DNA of 64,000 bases from Mobula birostris (taxonomy: Eukaryota). The stretch spans positions 100,022,699-100,086,698 of the forward strand of contig NC_092382.1 of NCBI RefSeq assembly GCF_030028105.1, written 5' to 3'. Of the stretch, positions 1 through 11,194 are shown piece by piece. Below the pieces are notes generated by a model, which saw only the letters and a list, made by a program, of their open reading frames with translations, was not told where the DNA came from and ran no database searches. How positions within the stretch are numbered: the stretch's first letter is position 1; the number at the start of each line of letters is the position of its first letter. A program made the position numbers and the translations under genes.

Positions 1-1974
1 TATGAAGGAAGAGGATGTGCTGGAGCTTTTGGAAAGCATCAAGTTGGATAAGACAACTTTGCTCAGCAGTCTCCTTCCCACATACCCAATGTACTCAAAC
101 CAATTCGACAGATAGGACCACCGCTACACAAAGTGTCCAGGAATGGCTTTCATTTCCCAGAAGGCATTGCGATGGCAATGGCCGCGTGGCACGGACAGAC
201 GGCGATTGAATGAGTGGTTTGCCGAGTGTAAGTTACTGAATTTTTCTCGAGGTGGCAGTCAGATCGCCAAAGAACTCCGATGCAAGTGCAGACTTACAGT
301 TTGTCCACGACAACCAGCATTGCTGAATTGTTCTAAGGAACCAATAGGTGTCGCCACAGGAAGGAGATGCAGTTACACCGGGCGGACGAAGTAGCGGCAG
401 CGCTCAAAGGTCGTTTTGCGATGCTGATGTCAAAGCTTCGCATGCAAATAACAGTAGAATCACCCACTTGGTGAAACTGAGGGAGACAGTCCAGAGAACA
501 CGTGAAGATACTAAACTGGAAGAAACAGAGTGGAGGCCGTTTGGAGCCTCCTCCCCGATCGGGTTGGTGCATGGAGGGGTGGAGGGCGGGAGCTAATCAG
601 AGACATCCTCAGTCCCAGTAGAACTGCACATGCCAGAGACAAATGAGATATGTTTCGGCGGTATGGGAGAAGCTTCACGGAGGATTAATGCTCTCCTGAC
701 AACGCCGAGTGAACTTTGCCATGAGACTGAAGGGCGTGCAAAAGTTGACCACTATAGTTTCCTGTTAATCCTCACTCCCACTAACTTGAACGGATGGCCA
801 CGAGACTTAGGCTCTCTTATATAGAAAGTCTCTTATCATACACCTCTTCCATGTCTGTCAAAATTTAAAAGTTCGTTCTTCATTCTGTTTTGTTCCAAGT
901 AAGAAAGACCGGGCCCTGGCCTAACGTCTCCATACTTCAAGCCCTCTAGTGCTGGATACCTGCCCTTCAATCTTTCCTACCCTTGTTTCAACCCAACCGC
1001 ACGTTGGCAGAGTGACCAAATACTGTACTCAGTATTCCAAGTGCGGCTTCATCAACGTTTTATAGAACTGCAACATGATTTACCAGCTTCTATTCTGAAA
1101 TCCCTGTCCGAGCAAGACCATGTGTGCTGTACGCTACTTTTCTATCGCTGACATGTAATCGCGTTCTGTATAATTGAGGAAAACTTCTGCTTATTAGAGT
1201 CAAAGAATCCTGAGACATGGATACTGACCCTTCGGCCCGACATGTTCATGCTGGCCAGTGTGCCCTCCCGAATTTTGGCTATTTTCCGCTCCGGCCGTTC
1301 CCCCTAATCCGCCCATTTGTTTCACAGATGACAATTTTGTACCTAGCTCATTCAACTTGTTTCCACTACCCTCTGCTTGAAAAGCTTCCCATTCTCAACC
1401 TTAGCACGTATCCACACTGTTTGGACTCCCTGTTCCACGATCGAAAAGAACTTCATCATCCAGATGATCAAAGCATGTTACAATACTTTAAAAAAGCTTA
1501 TTTTTAATAAGAGATTATTTTTTAAGTAAAGACCCTGCCAACTCTTCCGCATGGCTCAAAGCTCTCTCATGCTGTCAAATTAATCGTGGGTATTTTCTGT
1601 TCTCTTTCAATTTTAACCTCACCTTCGCTAAGACAGAGCAAAGTAAAAGGTATACTGTATCCCAAGTGAGGCCCGATCAAAGACATTGACCTATGTGGAA
1701 TAATATCCAATCTACTATACAATGCCCTGACTGGGATGACAATCGCCCTGAACGTGTTTTTTTCCGCCAACCAGCCATCTCTGACGCCGCTTTCAGTGAT
1801 CTATAGACCTGATTCCCCAATGACCAATAGTGGTCATCACATTAGCCAAGGTTATGTTAACTATACTGCAGCAGACAGCATCCCTGCCTGCAGTATACAT
1901 TTCCGGTATTTTTTTTCACATGCGCCCCCAATAGAATTCCTGACGCGTTTTCTGTACAACCTCAGCTGCAGCAT

Positions 1975-2100
1975 TTTCTGTAAACTCCAGAGATTGCTCT
2001 GCGTGAAAATCCCAGGAGTTCAGCAGATTATGAGAATGGCAATTTACTCCATCTGCCACCAGCAATCATTCCACGGCCAGATTCACTTAGAACACACTTC
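1975..2100 (+). mobile_element. Tc1/mariner-like subterminal fragment
   Basis: Aligns by eye to 7575-7690 (GCGTGAA(A/G)ATCCCAGGAG...CACCAGCAATCATTCCAC), which runs into a Tc1-type end. Confidence 0.55.
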
Positions 2101-2200
2101 TTCCGCAACACAATAAACTCGACTTTGACTTTGAATTTTGACGGTTGACCGAACTGCAATTCCACGTTCCACCGACAGGTGCTCCCTGTCGTCGTCAGCG

Positions 2201-2238
2201 GGTTGTTGTTGGGCGCCCCCTCTCTTTCAGCCACTGTG
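2201..2238 (-). other. RSS of V1: CACAGTG - 22 bp - ACAACAACC
   Basis: Perfect heptamer at 2232-2238. Best nonamer (8/9) at 2201-2209 gives a 22-bp spacer. Confidence 0.85.
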
Positions 2239-3239
2239 CAGACTCCACGCGCAGAAATATACGGCCGAGTTCTTCGGTTCTATGTTCGAGTTGCTCAGAA
2301 TGAATGTCTTTCCGTCTGGTCTCTGGGCGGTAAAACCGTCCACAGGTTCTTCGGAATTCACAACCTTTGCAACGCTGGAATAGAACAAGCTTTCCAGCCC
2401 CTGTCCGGGACACTGTCTGTACCAGTACATGTACGGGTTATCACTACTGCTCTTCACGGTGCACGTCAACGTCACTTCCCCTCCGGGGGATCGCGAGAGC
2501 ACCGCCGGGACTTGATCGATGGTCTGTAAACTGACCCCTGAGAAAGACATGGGGAGAGGTGGACTGTTAGTAATGAGCAGAGAAATTCTGGAGGGGTCCC
2601 CGCAGGAATGGAGTTGTGTTGGGGACAGTGAGGTAAAAGGAGTGAATAATGAAGGAAAATAGAAGATAAATTAGCAAGACCGGAAGAGGTTAAGACTTAA
2701 ATTATTTTTTTTTTCTTGGAAGAATTTAGAGATCCTGCACCTCCCAATTACACAAATACAACTAACTAACTTTCTAACCCGTCCATATTTCACAACCGAA
2801 ATAAAACGAAGCAGTCGCAATTGTGTCGCCAGGATTCTGGCGCCAAAATAGCATGTCTACAAGTCAGTAATTCTAATGTGAGAGGAAAACAGAGCAACTG
2901 ATGAAACTCTAGGTACACACTCCTTACAGGCGTGAATTGAACGCGGGTCGCAGACACCGGAACAACGTTACGCTGATCGTTATGGTACAGAAGACGGAGA
3001 ATTAAAATCAAGGCAGGTTTCTTCGAAGGTGGAAAGGGAGTGTGAAATGGAAGACAATACGGACTCCGGAACAAATGACACGGGGAAACGTTATCTGTGG
3101 AAGGAGACAGAGGAAATTATTTACGCGAAAGAAATGAAGATTTAAAAAAAAACGACAAACAATCGATTAGCGGTGGAAATTATTGCGAGGACTGATTCTT
3201 ACGTTGCAGCCACATCAGGAGACTGATTAACAGGAACAT
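2239..3239 (-). CDS. TRBV: V1: TCR V segment, TRBV30-like CAWS family. Leader exon 3203-3239, intron 2538-3202, V exon 2239-2537
   Basis: Leader MFLLISLLMWLQ with phase-1 GTAAGA donor splices in frame to RVSLQTIDQVPAVLSRSPGGEVTLTC...MYWYRQCPGQGLESLFYS...NSAVYFCAWSL. Cys23, Trp41 and Cys104 present; RSS follows. Confidence 0.93.
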
Positions 3240-3728
3240 CCTTCAGCCGAATCCTCTCTAAACAGTGAGCAGAGAGTCGGGGTTTACGTGGAAACGCGAG
3301 ATCCTCGCCTTCTGATGGACAGTCATTCTCCGTCCTCTCATTGGCTGCCCTCTCACCACTGTTTGTGATTGGTAGTCGTGGAGGAAGGAGGTGTATAGGA
3401 TTGCTGACATGCTAAAGTTAAAGTCAAGTGTGTTGTCATACGCAGACGTCAATGAGATATCTACTTGGAAAGATCCGCCAGAGGAGGTGGTCGGGGCCAG
3501 TACATTAACAACACACGAAAAGACAGAAGGATAGGAAAGGATTAGAGCAGCGGTTTTCTTTTTTGCTGTTTTCTTTTTGGCCATGGACCTTTAATATTAG
3601 CCGAGCGGCCCGGGGAACCCGGTGGGAAAATCGCTGATGTCGAGGGATATTTTTGGGCAAAGGTGAACAAGTGAGGCATAGAGAGAGAGAGCGAAGGAAA
3701 GCGAATGGGGGCGATAAAGATACCGAAA

Positions 3729-3732
<4 letters not shown>

Positions 3733-3806
<74 letters not shown>
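3733..3806. repeat. (GA)n microsatellite
   Basis: Uninterrupted AG dinucleotide run. Confidence 0.97.
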
Positions 3807-3812
<6 letters not shown>

Positions 3813-3859
3813 TGGGCACAGAAGGTTGGTTGGTGGGGGGGGGACTCCAGAATAAATGT

Positions 3860-4220
3860 GTGTGAAGGTGGAAAGGAGGATACCTGGGAGATGATAGGTG
3901 AAGCCAGGTGACTGGGAAAGGTGAAGGGCTGGAGAAGAAGAAAGCTGGAGGCATCTGAAACTGGACAAATACATCTGAAAACAAATCCCTCTTTGAACTT
4001 TTTCTAATCCTGAACCCAACCACAACCACCACGCTTTCTTTATTCCCCACTGACCCTTTACCTCTTCTCACCTGCCGATTACTTCCCCCGGTTACCTCCT
4101 CCCTCCCTTTCTCCTATAGTCGGCTCTCCTTTCCTATCAGATTCTTTCTTCTCCAGCCCTTGACCGTTCCGACCCTCCTGACTTCATTTATCACGTTCCA
4201 GCTCGCCTTTTCCTTCTCTC
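3860..4220. mobile_element. Two oppositely oriented Penelope-like retroelement fragments
   Basis: GGGAAAGGTGAAGGGCTGGAGAAGAAGAA (~3915-3945) is the near reverse complement of TTCTTTCTTCTCCAGCCCTTGACCGTTCC (~4142-4170). Similar to the 54050-54250 region of the ribozyme-bearing element. Confidence 0.5.
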
Positions 4221-4244
4221 CCTACCTTTCTAACTCTCTTGCCT

Positions 4245-4490
4245 TTGAGCCATTCCTTTCTCTTATTCGCTTTATGCTTGTGGCAATTGTCTTGCTGGAA
4301 AACAGATCTTCTCCGAAGTCGTATTTCTCTTGCAAACTGTTTCTTGCTTTCCCCCAGAATTCCCCTGTGTTTTGCTGCTTTCATTTTGTCCTCTACCTTC
4401 ACAAGCCTCACAGCAAAATGCAGCCTTCACCATGCTTCACGGTAGGGATGGGGTGTCTTTGATGCTCGGCGGTGTTTGGCTTCCGTGAAA
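4245..4490 (-). mobile_element. Tc1-family DDE transposase fragment (degenerate)
   Basis: Minus-strand translation gives IPTVKHGEGCILL (Tc1 TVKHGGG motif) and LVKVEDKMKAAKHRGIL...VFQQDNCHKHKA (second catalytic Asp). Confidence 0.85.
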
Positions 4491-4731
4491 TCATGCCGGA
4501 ATCGCTGAAGCCAACATTTATTTCTTCTCAACCACCCCCATTCCCCAACTCCCCAGCCAACACCTGTTTGCCGCAATCTTTAGCACCTCTGTTGCGACAG
4601 TTCCAACTCACTCAGTCGCCCTGAAGACGCCAGCTGCAGAGGCACATTGCAGAATGATACTTTAAGGGCTGGATCAGCTCTTAAAAACAAGACTTTTTGC
4701 AAGTCATCTGTTTGCTTCACTTACTACGCTA

Positions 4732-4747
4732 GAGCGCCATCTACTGC
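4732..4747 (-). promoter_or_regulatory. CTCF motif (reverse): GCAGTAGATGGCGCTC
   Basis: 13/14 match to CCASYAGRKGGCRS. Confidence 0.6.
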
Positions 4748-5489
4748 CGACTAGCAAGATTCTACATCAGGACGTTTTCAAAGTTCAAAGTAAAATTATT
4801 GTGGGAGTGAGATTCATTTTCTTGTGGGCATGCTTATTTAATCGAAGGAACGCTGTGTATTGAATAAAGGACCGCAGCAAATAAGACGGACAACAAAAAA
4901 ACTATACGCAATAGATAAACTCTGCAAATCAATAATAATAGTAATAACAAGTCAGTAAGGATTAAATATCGAGAAAGAGATGTAAAGTCTTTTAATATGT
5001 ATCCATAGGTTCTGGGAACAGATTAGTGATGCACCGAGTGAAATTGAGTGATGTTCCCACCTCGTGTTCAAGAGCCTGATGATCGCGGGAGTAACAACTG
5101 GTCTCAAAACTGGTAGTTCGGGACCTGCAGCCCCCTGGACCCTCTACATAGTGGCAATAGCGAAAAGAGATCGTGTCCTGGGATCTGGGGCTCCTCGATG
5201 CTGGATGCTGTTTTCGAGCGACAGCGCTCTGTGTCAATGCGCTGAATGGTGATGAGGGCTAAACCCGGAATGCACTGGGTCATATCCAGTACTTTTGCGG
5301 GAGTTACCGTTGTAATTTGTATCTTCCATGAATATTTCAGATTTCCTTCAGCTTCGGTAGAACATAGGAGCTGGATATTGACTTCAGGAATGTAGGACCG
5401 CGTCAACAGGCTCCTGTCCAAATCAATATTATCGAAATGAAATATGTTGGCCGGAATATCCCGAAATGATCGGGGTTGGTCCGGCACAG

Positions 5490-6480
5490 AGACGTCAGAG
5501 TAAGATAGCTGACCAAAACTGCTAATTCCTCAGGAATGAGTGCTACATGTCTATTCAGATCCTGGGCAACTATTTACTGATGCATCACAAAAAGCACCTT
5601 ACCCAGATATATTGAATCCTGGATAATGGACTCCCTGACTGGCAGACCACAGTTTGTACAGCTTCAGAGCTGTGTGTCAGATATGACTATAAGCAGCACT
5701 TTGTCCGGGGGACTATATTGGCTCCCTTCCTGTTTACCCTGTATACCTCCGACTTCTGATAAAACACTGCGTCATGTCATCTGCTGAAATTATCTGATGA
5801 CTCAGCAATAGTTGGGTGTATAAATGGATGACGGGGGGTTGAATTCAGGGCTCTGCTGGAGGACTTTGCCAACTGATGCAAGCTGAATCATTTGCAGCTA
5901 AAGATCAGAAAGCCAAAGGAAATAGTGATGGACTTTAGGAAGACTTAGCCTGCACTGCTCCCTTTTACTATTGACGGCGAGGACGTGGATGTGATGAGGA
6001 CCTACAAGTACCTGGGGGTGCACCCGGATGACAGACTTGAGTGGAGCACCAACACAGAGGCTGTGTACATGAAGGACCAGACTCACGTCTAATTCATGAA
6101 GAGATTCAGGTCCTTTGGAGTGTCCAGTCATCACTTTCACGTGTTCAACCAGTCTGTTGTCGCTAGTACAGTTTTCTATGCGGTGGCGGGCTGGGGTAAT
6201 GTCATCTTCATCGGCGATGCTAACAGGCTCAATAAACTGGTCAGAAAGACTGGCTCTGATTTCGGAGTCAAACTGGACACACTGGAGACTGTGTTAGTAC
6301 AAAGGACCCCAAAGAAAATTCAGGCAATTCTGGACGATGCTTTTCACCCTCTGTATTCCACTTTGGCCGAACTGAGAAGCAGGTTCAGTAATAGACTCAG
6401 ACAACTGCGCTGCTCGAAAGACCACGTGACATCATTCTTACGCTCGGCCATTAGCTCTATAATGTGTCAACCTGTATCCG
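5490..6480 (+). mobile_element. Non-LTR retrotransposon RT 3' fragment (Rex/Babar-like)
   Basis: RT C-terminal motifs (LAPFLFTLYTSDF, degenerate xxDDS, TYKYLGVHPDDRL) followed by STVFYAVAGWG...NRLNKLVRK; has stops and frameshifts. Confidence 0.8.
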
Positions 6481-7574
6481 GGGAAGGGATGCTCTCCCCT
6501 GCACGAACTCGGTCCACACTTCACACTACGAAGGTTCCTCTTTGTTCACGTGTCACCAGGCTCAAAGACAGATTCCAGCCCGCTGTGGTAAAATGATTAA
6601 ACAGCCCACTTGACTTCAAAATCTCCCCTGATATGTTTTTGAACCTTCCCGCCTGCCTGGAATGCAGCTGGCTGAAGTGAGGCGTTTGTCTCACTTTAAT
6701 TTTCTCTGCACGACCACATCAACGCACTGCGGTGATGATTTCACCGGCATGTATAGGATGCATGACAGGATTTACACTGCATTTCTAACTGCTCCTAGAC
6801 CATAAGGCAGGGGGACAGAATAGGCCCATTGGCCCCACCGAGACTGCTCCGTCTCAACGCTTTTCTGCCTTCTCCCCGTTGTCTTTGATAGCCTGACTGG
6901 GGAAGAACATCGGAACATATGCCAGTGCCACCTGGCTCGAGGGCAGATTCTATCCCGCTCTGAGAAGGCTATGGCTATTGAGCGGCCCCCTAGTCCGATG
7001 AGATGAACTCCAGACCTCGCAATCGACCGCGTCGTGGCACTTGCACCTTATTGTCTGCCTACACTTCTCGGGAACTGTAGCAATTTATTATGCGCCGTGT
7101 TTCCCGTTTATAGTGTACCTACACTCAGTGCCCGCTTTCTCTGCAACTTTAACACTTCGTTCTCCATCCTGTTATTGATTTCCAAGAGACCGTCCTGCAG
7201 AATCTCCGTCTCTCCTCCCAGGGTTACCGCATCTTCCCCCGGCTGCCTTTTGTTAGTACCTCTCAGACATGGATTCACACAGAGCGGGAGCGGAATCACT
7301 GGCTCAACTGGCCAAGATGTCCAGATCAACCTCCTCCGTTTGCCTGAGTTTGGATGGTAACCCTGTAAACCTTTGCTTTCCACGTTTCCGTCCAAAAGTC
7401 TTTCGAGACGCTGCTGTTGTAAATTGGGCCTCTTTTAGTTACTTTGGCCTTCCTGTCGGCTGGGACCGGACTGGCATTCTCCTCTACACTCTCTTTAACA
7501 GGGCGTTTACGCCCACATAACTACAGCTCACTGGACGTAATTATCTTTTTTGTTGTTGTTCTTTTTCGCACCAT

Positions 7575-7858
7575 TTTCAGTACGCTCCGGCAATTGTTGT
7601 GCGTGAAGATCCCAGGAGCTCAACAGTTTCGGAGGTTCTCAGACCACTTGGCCTGGCACCAGCAATCATTCCACAGTCAAAGTGATTGATGACCTTGCTT
7701 TCCCAATCCGACGTTTCGTCTGAAGAACCAACTGAACGGCTTGACAATGTCTGAATGTTTCCACGGCATTGAGTTGCTGCCACATGATTTGTTAATTAGA
7801 TATTTATCTTAACGAGCGCATGAAAAAGGTGCACCTAATACTGTGGCCATTGAGTCTA
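7575..7858 (+). mobile_element. Tc1/mariner-like right end
   Basis: Ends GGTGCACCTAATACTGTGGCCATTGAGTCTA, resembling fish Tc1 terminal inverted repeats ending in TA (recalled). Confidence 0.6.
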
Positions 7859-7965
7859 AGTACTGCTGGATTTGACAATAAACTCCACTTTGACTACGTC
7901 TTTTTTCGGTTAACCGAGCTGCAATTCCAGCTTCCACCGCCAGACGCTCCCCTGCGTACTCAGCA

Positions 7966-8004
7966 GGTTTTTGTCAGACGTCCCTCTCTCTCTGAGTCAA
8001 TGTG
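7966..8004 (-). other. RSS of V2: CACATTG - 23 bp - ACAAAAACC
   Basis: Perfect nonamer, 6/7 heptamer, 23-bp spacer. Confidence 0.92.
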
Positions 8005-8789
8005 TAGACTCCACGCGCAGAAATATACGGCCGAGTTCTTCGGTTCCAGGTGGGAGCTGCTCAGAGTGAAGGTCTTTCCGTCCGGTCTCTGGGCGGTAAA
8101 ACCGTCCACGGGCTCGTCGGAATTGACGGATTTGGTAGCAGCGGAGTAAAAGAGGTTCTCCAGCTCCTTCCCCGGGAGCTGTCTGTACCAGAACATGCGA
8201 GGGTCAGCGCTAGTGCCCTTCACCGTGCACGTCATCGTCACATTCTCTCCGGGGGATCGCGAGAGCACGGCCGGGGTCTGAGTGATGGTCTGCGAGCTGA
8301 CCTCTGGGAAAGATACGGGAAAAGGAGGACGGTTAATGATGATACTGGAGATCCGGGAGTAGGCGTGGAGGGGAATCAGTGTAGATATGGAAACGTAAGT
8401 GGAAGGGAAAAATTCACAAATGAGTAAAAACAGTGGAATTATCAAAGAAATGGAGCAGCATGGGAAATAAAAAAGGGGGGAATTGAACGAAATGTTGATA
8501 AAAAAGAGAAAATCGTCTGTGAACAGAAATATAGGTACAAAGACTGCAAGGAGGAAGTGAGGAAGAGAACGAGAAGTGGCCAGTAAGAGGTAACCACTGG
8601 CTCGCAGTCTAGAGAAGGAGAAAGATGGACGGATGATAAAAGGAGAAACTAGAGGATGAGAACAGAGGGGATAGAAAAGGATCAAAATATAAATAGTGGG
8701 AAAAGGAGAACAAAAGAGCTTATCGAGTTTGTAGTGGGAGGAAATTGCTTACGGTGGGCCCAGATCATAAGTCCGAGTAATACAAACAT
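8005..8789 (-). CDS. TRBV: V2: TCR V segment, TRBV30-like CAWS family. Leader 8753-8789, intron 8304-8752, V exon 8005-8303
   Basis: MFVLLGLMIWAH, GTAAGC donor, then QVSSQTITQTPAVLSRSPGENVTMTCTVKGTSADPRMFWYRQLPGKELENLFYS...NSAVYFCAWSL; open frame. Confidence 0.95.
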
Positions 8790-9069
8790 CTCCGTTTTGA
8801 AACGTTCTTTCAGACAGTGAACCAGTTCTGTGCTCAGCTGCCGTTTGTAACCTGTTGAAAAGGCAGTGAGAAGCAGGAAGAGATACCACGCCCATTTGTG
8901 CAGAAAGACCCGCCCTCCACTTGCAATTAGACTCTTGATTGGCGGAAGAACACAGTATAAATGTCATGTCAACCGCTTCAATTTTGTTTAGCAGCAGTCC
9001 GGTACATTGAAAACCTGACCAGCGTTAATTAATAGAAACATAAATTGAAATATTTCTGGAGTTTAGCAC

Positions 9070-9200
9070 CAATCACTCGGGTTCAAATCCCGCCGCTGGT
9101 TGTAAAGGCGTTTAGGTGTTCTCCTCGTGACCACGTGGCTTCCCTCAGGGTGCTCCGGTTTCCTCCCATGTCTGTAATTGGCCAGTGACGGGTTGTTGTG
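9070..9200 (+). mobile_element. tRNA-derived SINE fragment (second copy ~11470-11600)
   Basis: B-box-like GGGTTCAAATCCCGCC followed by GGGTGCTCCGGTTTCCTCCCA, a V-SINE-like core. Confidence 0.6.
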
Positions 9201-9299
9201 CCGGAAGTGTCTGATATCGCGCTGTAGTGATAAATAATGAAATAAAATGACGTTTGAATCGGTGCCAGAACAAACAGCAAAATTATATCTATGGATACA

Positions 9300-9760
9300 G
9301 ATGACATGACTCAGTGTTGTATCTGAAGTCCGAGGTATACAGGGTAAACAGTAAGGGACTCAACAGCGTCCCCTTGCGGCCCCAGTGCTGCTTATGACCA
9401 TGTCTGACACACAGCTATGAAGCTGCACAAACTGTGGTCTGCCGGTCAGGTCGTTACAATGGAAGCGCCAACCACTGCACGGAATGTTTTCCCCAGCGAT
9501 GACGGCTGTAGCGTATCAAAGGCACTTGAGAAATCAAGCAAAACATGATGCCCTGCTATTCCAAGTGGGATTAGGCTCCGTTCTGCAGATGCATGACAGT
9601 ATTCCCGACTCGAATCTGCTCCTGGTTCGCAGACTACAGGAGATCGAGGGCTGATCTGGCTATGTGTCGGAGGTGAGACAGGACCAGCCTCTCCAGGGTC
9701 TTCATGATGCGTGAGTTCACGGGCACTGGACCGTAGTCAGTCAAGATACTGAGTTGGCCG
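9300..9760 (-). mobile_element. Rex/Babar-like RT fragment (duplicated at ~11690-12180)
   Basis: Minus-strand DYGPVPVNSRIMKTLERLVLSHL (DYRPVALTS motif); similar to 5640-5740 in reverse. Confidence 0.7.
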
Positions 9761-11157
9761 TTCTTGGGTTCTGGGGCCACACATGAGTTTCCACCCTTCA
9801 AAGCTGAGAGTGAAGATGAAAATGCGCTGCGGAACTCCACGCAACCTTGGAGTTCACACAATGACATCGCGATGTTTTGCGGCGCCTGAGTCTCCCCAGA
9901 GACCTTCTCACCTGCTCAGCAGTTTTGGTGAGTCGGGGAGATGGTGGAAGGTGGCGACTGGGGGATTTGACGATCGGGACGTTAGCAGTTGGGGTGTGGA
10001 GTCTGGATGGCAGGTGCAGAGCAAGGATGTGGTCTGGTTTAGCAGAGAGCATTTGCAATTGGCTTGTTCATACAGATCAAAGCATTGCGGTATTGCAAAC
10101 AAAAGCAACATGACACATGAAAAAAAAAACTGGAGTGTAGTTTCGAGAATAACGTGCGAGATCCAAACGTGTCTGAGTGGAAGGTCCAGTCTGTATGCTA
10201 AAATTATCATAGATACGTTATTAGTCTTACTGAAGCGGGGAGTACGCTGACTTGAGCAAGTGCTGTTTGCTTCCCGATAGAAGTGGGGGTGTAAAAAATA
10301 TCGGGCTGAATGGATACTTGGATGCGCTGGCCGCCTTACTGAGGGAGTGAGATGTACAGTCAGAGTTTGTGGAGGGCAGGCTGTATCCCGTGATGTGCTG
10401 AGCCGAGTCTTTACAATCCGAGATGAATCCACAGATATACTTATATTTGGGAGGATGTTTCTGGATGGCACGCAAAACTGATAGCTAGTTGTCTTCCATA
10501 CAGGTGATGCTTCGTTCAGGTGGGACTTTTCGAACCGGGCACGAACCTAAGATGATGCGGGAGCAGCTGACCCAGCGCAACACTGGCGCAACTCTCCTCC
10601 ACCTACCTGAGCAAAACCCACTACCAAATCGGACCTTGAACGACGAACTGAAATAGGGATTCCTACAGTTAAATTCATTTATTTTGCCGGTGAAGGAACA
10701 GACGTTGGTAGCTGAACAGGAAGTGCTACAGCTGGAGGAGCCAATTGGCGTCCTCTGTCTCTCTCTCTGAAAATTTGTGGAACCCATTCAAAGCTGGTCC
10801 GTGGACTGAGAGCACTCTCTGCAGCAGCTGCTTAGAAAACACTCACCAAACAGAAGTTTATTTAATCACAATGAATTTCTTAAACGAATTGCTTAGTACT
10901 GAGAAAATCGCCTGTGAACGGAAACATGGGTGCAAAGACTGCAAGGAGAGGGCGGTGAAGAGACGGGAAAGTGGACAGAAAGGGGAGTCCAGAGAAGGAG
11001 TAAGATGAACGGATTGCAAAAGGAGGATAATTAATTAAGAGAGAAATTAGAGTATAAAAACATAAGGGCGAGAAACTGATCAAAATGTAAAGGAGGAACA
11101 GGGAGAAATTGAGAACAAAAGAGTTTTCCGAGTTTGTAGTGAGGTCAACTTGCCTAC

Positions 11158-11194
11158 GGTGGGTCCAGACCATATGTCCGAGTAACACAAACAT
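11158..11194 (-). other. Duplicate leader exon (MFVLLGHMVWTH) with its own promoter and no V exon of its own
   Basis: ATG at 11194 and GTAGGC donor at 11157. Paralogue of the V2 leader; its intron copy stops at the duplication junction (~10901). Confidence 0.88.

Noticed and set aside
3505-4071. Long ORFs with (LS)n or (ER)n runs
   Set aside because: Translation of the (GA)n microsatellite.
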